Source: a virus | Lineage: Duplodnaviria; Caudoviricetes | IMG/VR virus record: IMGVR_UViG_3300011102_000288 | Coordinates: 1 to 24,322 of that record | Reading direction: 5' to 3' (one strand) | Length of the DNA stretch: 24,322 nucleotides | Part shown: one piece after another, positions 16,569-24,321 of the stretch | How the letters are laid out: each line of letters begins with the position of its first letter | Numbering within the stretch: the stretch's first letter is position 1 | Made by a program: the position numbers and the translations under genes | The notes under the pieces: model-generated | The model's database searches: none | Seen by the model: only the letters and a program-made list of their open reading frames with translations | Told to the model about the DNA's origin: nothing

Positions 16569-16811
16569 GTGAGGTTGGTTACCATCACGGCGATCGCCAT
16601 TCTTGCTACGGCCACCGCCAACGCCGAAACATACCGGCTGATACACGCGATCGGGAACTCGGAACGGGAGATCGTGCGGGATATTCCGAAAGGCGAGTGC
16701 GAGAGGCTAAAGCGCGAACACATCGCCGTCGCCGAGGCACTCGGCACCCATAGTGAGCGCCTCGGGATCGGATCCATCACTTGCCTGCCAGAGAGCTTTT
16801 TCCTTGACTAA
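16569..16811 (+). CDS. Small exported protein (moron)
   Basis: Signal peptide MRLVTITAIAILATATANA; two Cys; GGAGG SD; abuts the upstream stop. Confidence 0.72.
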   Translation: MRLVTITAIAILATATANAETYRLIHAIGNSEREIVRDIPKGECERLKREHIAVAEALGTHSERLGIGSITCLPESFFLD

Positions 16812-17050
16812 AACCCCACTATCCCAAGCTCCGCCAGGCGCTCCTCGTCGATGTCCCCGCCCCTCGGCTTGGCCTTGGGATCATTGGCGAGGATGTACCC
16901 GTCAACCGCCGCCGCGAATTCCCACAGCGTCATGCTTCCGATGTCGCGGTGGAGTGCATGGGTCCATTGGTAGAAGCTGGAGAAGCGCCACTTTCCTCGC
17001 GGGAGGGGTTCTCGCTCGCCCCGTTCTCCCCTCCCGCCGGAGATTCCCCC
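16808..17050 (-). CDS. Frameshifted extension of the tail chaperone (gpGT-like), missing from the ORF track
   Basis: -1 frame is open from G GGG GAA (17050-17044) to TAG 16808 and reads ...GKWRFSSFYQW...IGSMTLWEFAAAVDGY..., a gpT-like motif. Confidence 0.78.
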   Translation of the reverse strand, partial: GGISGGRGERGEREPLPRGKWRFSSFYQWTHALHRDIGSMTLWEFAAAVDGYILANDPKAKPRGGDIDEERLAELGIVGF

Positions 17051-17361
17051 ACAGGGTCATCCTGTGCGCCGTACAACGCTGCCATGAGGATGGCCTGAGC
17101 CGTTATCACAAGCTCGGCGATCGGTCGATCGTCCAGAACCTTGTTGACGAGCTTGCGCGCGGCTTCCTTCCCCATCCCGCCACCCTCCAGGCCTAGGCGG
17201 ATGGTCGAAACGACATCATCGACGTGCCAGCGCTGCGTGGCGAGACGCTGGAGGATGTAGGCAGGCCCAGCATCGCAGCGCTCTTGCAGGGCACGGAGGA
17301 GGTCGATGGTGAGCTTGAATTCGTGCTCACCACCGGGCCAGGTGATTTCGATGCCGCGCAT
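16930..17361 (-). CDS. Tail assembly chaperone (gpG / GTA gp10-like)
   Basis: WPGGEHEFKL...LQERCDAGP...IRLGLEGGG motif; directly after the tail tube gene. Confidence 0.85.
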   Translation of the reverse strand: MRGIEITWPGGEHEFKLTIDLLRALQERCDAGPAYILQRLATQRWHVDDVVSTIRLGLEGGGMGKEAARKLVNKVLDDRPIAELVITAQAILMAALYGAQDDPVGESPAGGENGASENPSREESGASPASTNGPMHSTATSEA

Positions 17362-17822
17362 TAGGGAGCCGTGACCAATGTGCGGGTCGGCACACCGTCG
17401 AACTGGATTTCCAGTTCAGCCGAAACCTTCTGCCCCTTGGTGCGGGAGTTGTTCAGGCTCGCGAGCAGTGCCGGGCCAGCCTCGGCATAGGTGTCGCCCG
17501 GATCGCCATCATTCTCGACCTTGGCATTGCGGATGCGAATGTTCTTCGTCGCGCCAGAATACCACCAATCGAGCATCATCTCGTTGCTCTGCATCGCCCA
17601 TACGCCGGTCGCGGAGACAGTCACTTCCTGCGAGCGCACCTGACGCTCCAGCGCCAGCGGCAGACTCTCATCATCGCAATCGGGGATCTCCGACGTGTCG
17701 ATATTCGACGTGCGGTTGATCGTGACATCCGTCAAGCCGCAGATCGCAGCATAGGTGCCAGGGGTCTCGGTCTCGACTTCGAGGATCATCTCCTCGTATT
17801 TGGCAGTTACAGCACGCGCCAT
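17361..17822 (-). CDS. Major tail tube protein
   Basis: ICGLT...IPDCDDES...VSATGVWA...ELEIQFDG; GGAG SD; position in tail operon. Confidence 0.88.
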   Translation of the reverse strand: MARAVTAKYEEMILEVETETPGTYAAICGLTDVTINRTSNIDTSEIPDCDDESLPLALERQVRSQEVTVSATGVWAMQSNEMMLDWWYSGATKNIRIRNAKVENDGDPGDTYAEAGPALLASLNNSRTKGQKVSAELEIQFDGVPTRTLVTAP

Positions 17823-17867
17823 TGCATTTCTCCATTCGAAGACAGGCCAGTCATCGACCAGCCGGGG

Positions 17868-18116
17868 TTAATGGGCATCATGCCCGGTCTCAGGTGTCCT
17901 GTGTTTTCTGGTGCGCTTGCTGCGCTTGTATTGACGCGCCTCATCGGCCTTGGGGCTTTCGACGCGCGTCGCCACCCCTTTCGCCACAGCAGCTTCGATG
18001 AGGCACTCCGGGAACTGCTGCGGCTCCGGAGACGGCTGGACAAGCTGAGAGACAGCCTTCAGCGGGCGGTAATCGAAGTTGAAAGGCTTGTGAAAAATAG
18101 CCCACGCCATTGTCAC
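17868..18116 (-). CDS. Hypothetical phage protein
   Basis: Overlaps the DUF3168 stop; F.FDY...ECLIEAAVAKG motif often found at this position. Confidence 0.65.
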   Translation of the reverse strand: MTMAWAIFHKPFNFDYRPLKAVSQLVQPSPEPQQFPECLIEAAVAKGVATRVESPKADEARQYKRSKRTRKHRTPETGHDAH

Positions 18117-18517
18117 AACTCCTCGACAATCGCCTGCACAGTCACCACGCCATGCGACGTGATGCCATCAGGGTCACGAAAGTGCCGGACACTCTGAACA
18201 GTCATCTCCACCAACGCATTGGTAGTGAGCGCACCATTGTACCGGTGCAGTGCCTTCTTCACAGCGTCCGCGAGGCTCTTAACCTCCCTGAACCCGCCCT
18301 GATAGCGCGACCAGCAATCAATCTGCTGGGTGATGACGAGGCCGGTGATGCAATCCGCATCGTCCTCAACTGCATCCGAGGGTCCGAAGGACACGTATGG
18401 AAAGTCTGCGTTGCTGGGTGGGTTGTCATAGACGCGGGTTCCGACAATGGCCGTCACACCAGCATCAGTGGTAAGGCGCGAATAGATCAGTGCCTGCAAC
18501 TCATTGTGCACAGTCAT
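18113..18517 (-). CDS. Tail terminator/completion protein (DUF3168-like)
   Basis: LQALIYSRL...RVYDNPP...FPYVSFG...IDCWSR...VKKALH...DPDGITSHGV. Confidence 0.88.
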   Translation of the reverse strand: MTVHNELQALIYSRLTTDAGVTAIVGTRVYDNPPSNADFPYVSFGPSDAVEDDADCITGLVITQQIDCWSRYQGGFREVKSLADAVKKALHRYNGALTTNALVEMTVQSVRHFRDPDGITSHGVVTVQAIVEEL

Positions 18518-18948
18518 TTCGCTCCCTCACGGATCGCCTTTTTCATCTCGCGGGTGATGCGGTTCTTCACTCGGCGCTTGAGCGTCCGGTAGGCAGGGTA
18601 GAAGAACGGATGCGGTGCCATCTTCTGTGTCCCGAACTCAACAAACCGCACATAGAAAGCATCCTTGTCGCCGAGGTTTTTGTTTCGGGTGCCTGCGTAG
18701 ATGGTGATTACTTCGTCACTGTCCTTCGACGCCTTCATGTGCCCGAGTGTGACGGAGCCATCAGGGGCATCCCCCCAGGTCCAGCCGATGCTGTCGCGAA
18801 GGGCACCGGTATCGACAGGAACAAGCGATTTCGCGAGTGCGACGATCTCGTCAGCGCCCTTCTCCATGGCTGCCCGCGTGCGCTCGCGAACCCGCACGGG
18901 GATCGTGACGGTCAGCTTGCGCTTCAAGCGATCGAGGCCCTGCACCAT
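18514..18948 (-). CDS. HK97 gp10-family neck/tail protein (start moved to ATG 18948)
   Basis: VPVDTGALRDSI and FYVRFVEFGTQKMAPHPFFYPA motifs. Confidence 0.9.
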   Translation of the reverse strand: MVQGLDRLKRKLTVTIPVRVRERTRAAMEKGADEIVALAKSLVPVDTGALRDSIGWTWGDAPDGSVTLGHMKASKDSDEVITIYAGTRNKNLGDKDAFYVRFVEFGTQKMAPHPFFYPAYRTLKRRVKNRITREMKKAIREGAK

Positions 18949-19298
18949 CAGCCAGCCACCCCGCTCATCGCCAACATCTGGAAGTATGCCCGGTCCTCGG
19001 TCAGCCGAGGCGGCTCCTTGACCTGGTAAATTGTGCCCGACCGCACATCCTTTATTCGCCAGCCCGGCTCGATCTGTCGCGCATCGCTCGATGCACGGAT
19101 GGTCACAATCACTGGCTGCTGCCCCTGCAGCCGTGACGCCTGCACCGTCTCGCTGCCACGCAGCAGGTGGAAATGGGCCCGGCATTCGAACTGCTGTTTC
19201 CAGCCGTTGGTCATGCCGCCCTGCCCGTCCGGTTGCTGGACAGGCTTTTCGAAGGCTATTCGCTCATAGAGCCGCCCGGCTCCAATTTTGCTTGTCAT
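18948..19298 (-). CDS. Head closure protein (SPP1 gp16-like head-tail adaptor)
   Basis: AGRLYERIAF...DGQGG...W...GSE pattern. Confidence 0.88.
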   Translation of the reverse strand: MTSKIGAGRLYERIAFEKPVQQPDGQGGMTNGWKQQFECRAHFHLLRGSETVQASRLQGQQPVIVTIRASSDARQIEPGWRIKDVRSGTIYQVKEPPRLTEDRAYFQMLAMSGVAG

Positions 19299-19630
19299 GC
19301 CAGTGTCGGGTCCCTGAGCGGATAGAGCAAGGCTGTGACCGGCTTCGGCAGATAGCCTCGCTCAAAAGCATCCTCGGTATTGCCATCCGGCTCCTTGTAG
19401 AAATGGCCGACGAGCATGATCGTGGCGAGCTCAATTTCGGGCGGGATTTCCGCTTCCGGCGGGAGCTCGCCATCCTCATCAAGGCCAAGCAGGACTTGTG
19501 CCTGCCCTTTCAGGTAGTTGATGACGGCGGCTGATGCAGCAGCGATATAGGCATTGAGAAGCTGATCATCGTCTGTCGTGTCGATGCGCAACGCCTGTTT
19601 GACACGATCAAGTTCAACCAGTGCCACCAT
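19295..19630 (-). CDS. Head-tail connector protein (gp6/gp15-like)
   Basis: LVELDRVKQALRID..DDDQLL..YIAAAS...ATIMLVGHFY...LLYPLR. Confidence 0.9.
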   Translation of the reverse strand: MVALVELDRVKQALRIDTTDDDQLLNAYIAAASAAVINYLKGQAQVLLGLDEDGELPPEAEIPPEIELATIMLVGHFYKEPDGNTEDAFERGYLPKPVTALLYPLRDPTLA

Positions 19631-19631
19631 G

Positions 19632-20504
19632 TCAGCCTGCCTTGACCGGCTCTTTCGGCTTCTCAGCCTTCAGGATGCCGTCCTTCCCGTCACGCCCCTT
19701 CTTGACAGCAAGGCGCCAGCCTTTGCCAGTTCCTGGCTTCTCGATGGTGTCCTCCTGAGCGATCCAGAAGCTGCCTGCCCAGGTTACGCCAGCACCCTTG
19801 CGGTAGGCCTTCCCGGCGCTGTACATGCCGCAATCAATCACCACCGGCAGGCGGAACTCCTTGACAACCTCGCCACGCTCGAACACAAGGTAACATCCAT
19901 CCTCGCGATCCTCCATGCGCATGTCATCAAAGCCAAGGCCATCGCGCCCCGGTTCGCCGTCCTTGCCATCCTTGCCCACAAACACACCAAGATCGCGGGT
20001 AGAACCATCGCTCATCACTGCGATGAGCCTGCCACCATCGGCACGGAACATGTCCTTCACGTCTAGGCCGTCGCGACCAGGATCACCCTTGTCGCCCTTC
20101 TCGCCCTTGTCACCCTTCTCACCCTTCTCTGGCGCAGGGAGATTGTCGATCCGGCTATTCACCTCATCGATCAAGGCCCTCAATTGCGCAGTATCCTGTG
20201 CCTGCTGGTCGCTGATTGCATCAAGGGCACCAGCAATCATTCCTTCGACATCCGGGATCTCGGGAATCGAGATCGCGTCGACAGCAGCGCGCACTTGAGC
20301 AATCTCCTCGGCCAACTTCTCTGTGACGCGCTCGACAATGGCATCTTCGTCCGCGTCCTTGCCGTCGCGCGGAACAGGCAGGTTGGCAAGCTTTGCCTCG
20401 ATGGCGTCAAGACGCTCCGACAGTGGCCCCACCACTGCAGCAGTGTACTCCCGGATGACAGGCGCTATCTCGGCCATCATCGCTTTGATGTCGACGTACT
20501 TCAT
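19632..20504 (-). CDS. Collagen-repeat-containing head-module protein
   Basis: Coiled-coil N-part, GEKGDKGEKGDKGDPGRDG and GKDGKDGEPGRDG triplets, C-terminal Y..G.GVTWAGSFWIA...WRLAVKKGRDGKD. Confidence 0.82.
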   Translation of the reverse strand: MKYVDIKAMMAEIAPVIREYTAAVVGPLSERLDAIEAKLANLPVPRDGKDADEDAIVERVTEKLAEEIAQVRAAVDAISIPEIPDVEGMIAGALDAISDQQAQDTAQLRALIDEVNSRIDNLPAPEKGEKGDKGEKGDKGDPGRDGLDVKDMFRADGGRLIAVMSDGSTRDLGVFVGKDGKDGEPGRDGLGFDDMRMEDREDGCYLVFERGEVVKEFRLPVVIDCGMYSAGKAYRKGAGVTWAGSFWIAQEDTIEKPGTGKGWRLAVKKGRDGKDGILKAEKPKEPVKAG

Positions 20505-20521
20505 TCCGTCATCCCTGAATT

Positions 20522-21877
20522 TCAGGCCGCTAGGCCAAGCTCCTTGCGCAGCGCAGCGCGGATGAAGAGCGCCTTGTCCTCTTCGGACATTTCCGGCTCC
20601 TGCTCAGCAGGCGCAGGCGGGTTTTCGACGAGATCAATAAGCTGCGCATCTCGCGCCGCAATTGCCGCAAGCGAGTGATCCTGCTGCTGCAGATAAATCG
20701 TGTTCCCGCCCTCGACCGGCTTCAAATTCAGACGCTTGCGCTGCTCGTCCAGTGTGGCAATGCCCTTGGCCTTCTGCGCCACGTCATAAAGTGTCACGGT
20801 ATCCATGCGCAGGAGATCATCAAGATCGAACTCAACGCCAAGGCTCCGCCCTGGCTGCAGCTCGCCATTCAGGCCCAACCCCTCATCGAGCAGTGCCTCG
20901 ATAGCCTCGATCAGTGTCTGAAGGCACTGGCTATAATAGCGCAGCGTCAGGTTCTGAACATTGTTGTAGTTCGGTTCCTGACCGACACCGATCATGAATG
21001 CAGGGACATGATAGACGCCACAAACAACCTCAGCAGACCAACGCAGCTGCTCAATCAGCTGGCTGTCAACCGCCTTGGCTCGCAGTGGCTGGTACTGCAG
21101 GCCATCACCGACAACCGCAACCTTGCCCGCGTTCTTGCCGGTGAAATTGGAGTCCCAATATTCCTTCAGTCGCTGCGCAGTCTCGTCGGAAATTGCGCCG
21201 GGTGCCGTCAGGATGCCGCCTGGTTGTGCGCCATTCTGGAAGAACAGGGTCGAGTCTTCCTGAATGGACAGGCCCTGCATCGCAGCCAGCCCGGCTGCAA
21301 AGATCGGGGACAGCCCTACCAGCGGGTGGAACAGGCAATTGAAACGGTCGTGGATGATGTCCCGCGCCGGGATCGTGATTTGCTGCTGAACGCCCGCAAG
21401 TGCATCCTCACAGATCTCGTAGAACACGCTGCCGTCATCAGACACCAGCGGCTTGACCCTCATCGGATCCAGCACATGCAGCCAACGAATACGCCCGTCC
21501 TGATCCCTCTGCTTCAGGACGTAGGTGTTTCCATGCTTCAGCTTGGACAACACCCAGCTCTCAAAGAACTGCTGCCGGGTCTGGTACCAGTTCGGCTTGG
21601 CGATCATCGGGAAGTTGCGGTTCTCGACCTCTTCCCAGATGCCGTTCTCATCTCGCTGGACAAGGCGAAGACGCAGCTTCGCAATGTCGGATGAAATCAG
21701 CGTCTGGCACGCAAAGACTGCGTGGTGCGCCAGAACCGAAGCCCGATCAATCGTCACATTGCGCTGCCATGCGCCCGCGAAGGACTCGCGCACAACAGAC
21801 CGCCAGCCACCCCTCTCAGTGACCGGAGACAAGGCCTTCTGACGGGTGAACGGGACTGGGATGCCAAGGATTTTCAT
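20522..21877 (-). CDS. HK97-family portal protein
   Basis: VFACQTLISSDIAKL, PNWYQT, GNTY, DIIH...GLSPI, FFQNGAQPGGIL, YHVPAFMIG, TLDEQRKRLNLKP. Confidence 0.93.
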   Translation of the reverse strand: MKILGIPVPFTRQKALSPVTERGGWRSVVRESFAGAWQRNVTIDRASVLAHHAVFACQTLISSDIAKLRLRLVQRDENGIWEEVENRNFPMIAKPNWYQTRQQFFESWVLSKLKHGNTYVLKQRDQDGRIRWLHVLDPMRVKPLVSDDGSVFYEICEDALAGVQQQITIPARDIIHDRFNCLFHPLVGLSPIFAAGLAAMQGLSIQEDSTLFFQNGAQPGGILTAPGAISDETAQRLKEYWDSNFTGKNAGKVAVVGDGLQYQPLRAKAVDSQLIEQLRWSAEVVCGVYHVPAFMIGVGQEPNYNNVQNLTLRYYSQCLQTLIEAIEALLDEGLGLNGELQPGRSLGVEFDLDDLLRMDTVTLYDVAQKAKGIATLDEQRKRLNLKPVEGGNTIYLQQQDHSLAAIAARDAQLIDLVENPPAPAEQEPEMSEEDKALFIRAALRKELGLAA

Positions 21878-21882
21878 GTGGT

Positions 21883-22242
21883 CTACACCGCAAGGACACC
21901 GGAAGCCCGCAAGGCGGCCAGAAGATCATTAAACCGCGCCACAACTTCCATTTCGTCTGCCGCATCTGCAACAGCAGCAGCCATAAAAACACCGCCCCTG
22001 ACCGAGGCGCTCGCATCTGGAAGCGAATAGTTATTCGCGCCCTCTTCAATGCCATCCAGTTTTGCCTTGTCAGCAGATGACATCAGGCCATCGGAGCTGG
22101 TCGTCGCGACAGAGGGGTTGACTTGAGCGCCCTCTTCAATACTCGCAAGCTTGCTTTTCTCGGCGTCTGTGTAGGCGTTGGTATTCGCCTCCCCCTCGTA
22201 AGCCGCCTTTATGACACTGCCGAGTGTGGAAAGTTCAGCCAT
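21883..22242 (-). CDS. Head fibre / head decoration-like protein
   Basis: DGLMSSADKAKLDGI fibre repeat and LPDAS...RGGV..AAAVADA...FNDLLAALRASG C-terminus typical of phage head fibre proteins; GGAGG SD. Confidence 0.72.
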   Translation of the reverse strand: MAELSTLGSVIKAAYEGEANTNAYTDAEKSKLASIEEGAQVNPSVATTSSDGLMSSADKAKLDGIEEGANNYSLPDASASVRGGVFMAAAVADAADEMEVVARFNDLLAALRASGVLAV

Positions 22243-22244
22243 TG

Positions 22245-22460
22245 CTAGCCTCCGTGCGTAACGATCGATCCGGCGTGTGTCACTGGCTCGCCACCGGAGT
22301 AAACCGCATTTTCAGGAATAGGGATGGTGTGGGTTACTGGCTCGCCCATGTGCGTTACTGGCTCGCCCAGGTGCGTGACGATAAAGAATGGATCAATATC
22401 GTTCCTGCCCTCGCCCATGAACTTGACTGGTGCGATAAAATCGGACCATCCAATACCCAT
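22245..22460 (-). CDS. Small VTH-repeat protein (71 aa)
   Basis: TGATG-coupled to the upstream gene, stops 2 nt before the head fibre ATG; five [IP]VTH units; 21-nt DNA periodicity at 22333-22369. Confidence 0.65.
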   Translation of the reverse strand: MGIGWSDFIAPVKFMGEGRNDIDPFFIVTHLGEPVTHMGEPVTHTIPIPENAVYSGGEPVTHAGSIVTHGG

Positions 22461-23161
22461 CAGGCAACCCTCCGGGTTCGACTATCCGCCACCACTTCGT
22501 AGCGAGATGGGGTGGGGAAACGCTCTGATGCCCATTTGCGGAACGAAGGATTCAAGGCGCACTCGTCGCTAATCGAGACCACATCACCACTTGGGGATCC
22601 GATCCACCGTTTGCACTTCACGTCCTCGCGCCGCTCGCTCGGCTGCGGGAAAAGATTGTGGTACAGCGTCCTCAGCAAATACCGCTGACCGCGGAACTCG
22701 CGTATCAACTCCAAAAGCTTGCCTCGCTCGTAAACCGTAGGCGTATGAAGGCCGAACCACAGCGGATCGCTTATGCCGTGCGCCTTCAGAATGTCCCGAG
22801 TCCACTCGACATGGAGTCAGTACAACCCTTGTGGCAGGCCAGAGGCCAGATGTTCCTCTATCGTGCCTCGGTTCTCGTGCCGAAAGGTCCATGGACGCAG
22901 GAGAAAGAAGTCGTCGTTCATCACGACGAACTTTTCTGTCTCAACTGCCTGTTCCGCTGCAGCAGCGATGTTCGTGGTAGATGATCGGTACCGATCAGGA
23001 TGGCGCGACACCGGCACAAAGTGCACCAGTCGGCTGATAAAGGCCGATTTGTCTCCCGCAACAATCACCCGCCGGTGCGGCATGAATTCATGCAGGGAGC
23101 GCAGAGAGTAACGCAGCTCAAAATCGAACGGACTCGCCTTGTACGGATAGACGACATCCAT
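22460..23161 (-). pseudogene. Stealth-family sugar-1-phosphate transferase with one in-frame TGA (22817-22819)
   Basis: Track ORFs 22817..23161 and 22460..22714 share one frame joined by Y*LHVEWTRDILKAHGISDPLWFGLHTPTVYERGKL; Stealth-like motifs MDVVY (CR1), ELRYSLRSL and MNDDFFL (CR2), HTP (CR3), SISD..FPTPSRYE (CR4). Confidence 0.75.
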
Positions 23162-23451
23162 CAGGACGCCTGAGCTTCGTCAATGCGCTTGCGCAGCTCG
23201 TCTGCGTCCCACCCGTGATAGGGCCGTTTGCCGACCAGGGACTGATACTGAGCCCGCAGCTCGGCCAACTCATCAACTGCCGTCGCAGGTTCTGCCTCAA
23301 CCGGTTCGACCGTCGGGAGGGCATCTTCCACCGGGGTTGTAGGTTCGGCCTGCATGTGACGTGTGGCGTAGCCAAGCTTGGTCAGGATGCGGGCATATCT
23401 CGGATCGCGGCTCTTCAGCGCACGGTTCACGTAGGAGCTCTTGTTCGACAC
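23161..23451 (-). CDS. Small post-capsid protein with C-terminal helical (HeH/Rho-N-like) motif
   Basis: GGAGG SD, GTG start; LRAQYQSLVGKRPYHGWDADELRKRI motif common after capsid genes. Confidence 0.75.
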   Translation of the reverse strand: MSNKSSYVNRALKSRDPRYARILTKLGYATRHMQAEPTTPVEDALPTVEPVEAEPATAVDELAELRAQYQSLVGKRPYHGWDADELRKRIDEAQAS

Positions 23452-23475
23452 GATTCTTGCCTCCAGCGAGGGGGA

Positions 23476-23499
23476 GCCCGCCGCTTCAGCGCGGCGGGC
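23476..23499 (-). terminator. GC-rich hairpin downstream of the major capsid gene
   Basis: GCCCGCCGC-N6-GCGGCGGGC perfect 9-bp stem; no U-tract on the - strand, so perhaps a weak terminator or stabiliser. Confidence 0.55.
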
Positions 23500-23514
23500 C
23501 TAGGTGGTCAAGCC

Positions 23515-24321
23515 TTAGCTGCCGGCGTTGGCAGCGCCCCAGGCGACGCCCGACAGATAGGCGACCGCGCTCGCGCGACGGCGAGCCCAGTTGATCGTGC
23601 GCTCGGCACGGAACGCCACGCTGTTGGTCTGGAACATCGAGACCATCTGGGCGCCGGTCGGAGTGATGCTGTCCTGCGACGGGTTGTCAGCCATCTCGAG
23701 CGAGGTTTCACGCGACAGGTCGACAGCAACTTCGCCCTCGTCGCCGAGGTAGATGTCCGAAGCATTGACCAGCGCGACAACGCCAGACGGCACGTACTGC
23801 GACACGATCACCGGGAGACCGAAGAAGGTGCCGCCGTTCATGCCGATGCCGGGGAACTCCGACTGGCCGAGCGGGTTCTGCATCAGCGACAGCGCCAGCG
23901 CGGTCACTGCGGTCATGATCCAGACGCCGTTTTCCGGCGCATTGTTCGCGGCGATGAACGCACCGAACACGGCCTGCACGTCGGCACGCACACTGTCGGC
24001 GTCCGAACCGCTGGACGCGATCGGCGAGACGCCGTTCAGGATAGACGCCGGCGAAGAGCCGACGACCGCAGACTTGTTCGGGTCGATAAAGTCGCGGTCG
24101 AGGCGTTCACGCAGAGCGTTGGCGAGCTCGTCACGGATCAGCATTTCAGCAGACGGCGAGGAGTCACGCAGGAGCTCTTCGGTCGTAACAGCGATGTTGG
24201 CGACCTTCAGCGGCTCAAGCGTGGTCTTGCCATACTGCCAGCTGGTCAGCGGCTTGGCCTTGCCCTCACCGACCCAGTAGCCGGCGCCGCCGGAGGTCTG
24301 ACCGACCAGCGGGACACGGAA
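23515..24321 (-). CDS. HK97-fold major capsid protein (5' part outside the window)
   Basis: Frame is open to the window edge: RVPLVGQTSGGAGYWVGEGKAKP...EELLRDSSPSAEMLIRDEL...FFGLPVIVS...SMFQTNSVAFRAER. Confidence 0.93.
   Translation of the reverse strand, partial: FRVPLVGQTSGGAGYWVGEGKAKPLTSWQYGKTTLEPLKVANIAVTTEELLRDSSPSAEMLIRDELANALRERLDRDFIDPNKSAVVGSSPASILNGVSPIASSGSDADSVRADVQAVFGAFIAANNAPENGVWIMTAVTALALSLMQNPLGQSEFPGIGMNGGTFFGLPVIVSQYVPSGVVALVNASDIYLGDEGEVAVDLSRETSLEMADNPSQDSITPTGAQMVSMFQTNSVAFRAERTINWARRRASAVAYLSGVAWGAANAGS

Noticed and set aside
14262-19630. Gene transfer agent cluster
   Set aside because: Tail genes are GTA-like, but the linked helicase, early genes, morons and full lysis cassette indicate a phage
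20675-21694. Long antisense ORFs (also 1835..2554 -)
   Set aside because: They mirror the portal and helicase genes, as expected in GC-rich coding DNA; no recognisable motifs
22817-22819. Selenocysteine or genome-wide TGA recoding
   Set aside because: TGA is used as a normal stop in many coupled genes here; the position is not an obvious catalytic Cys and the hairpin is closer than a typical bacterial SECIS
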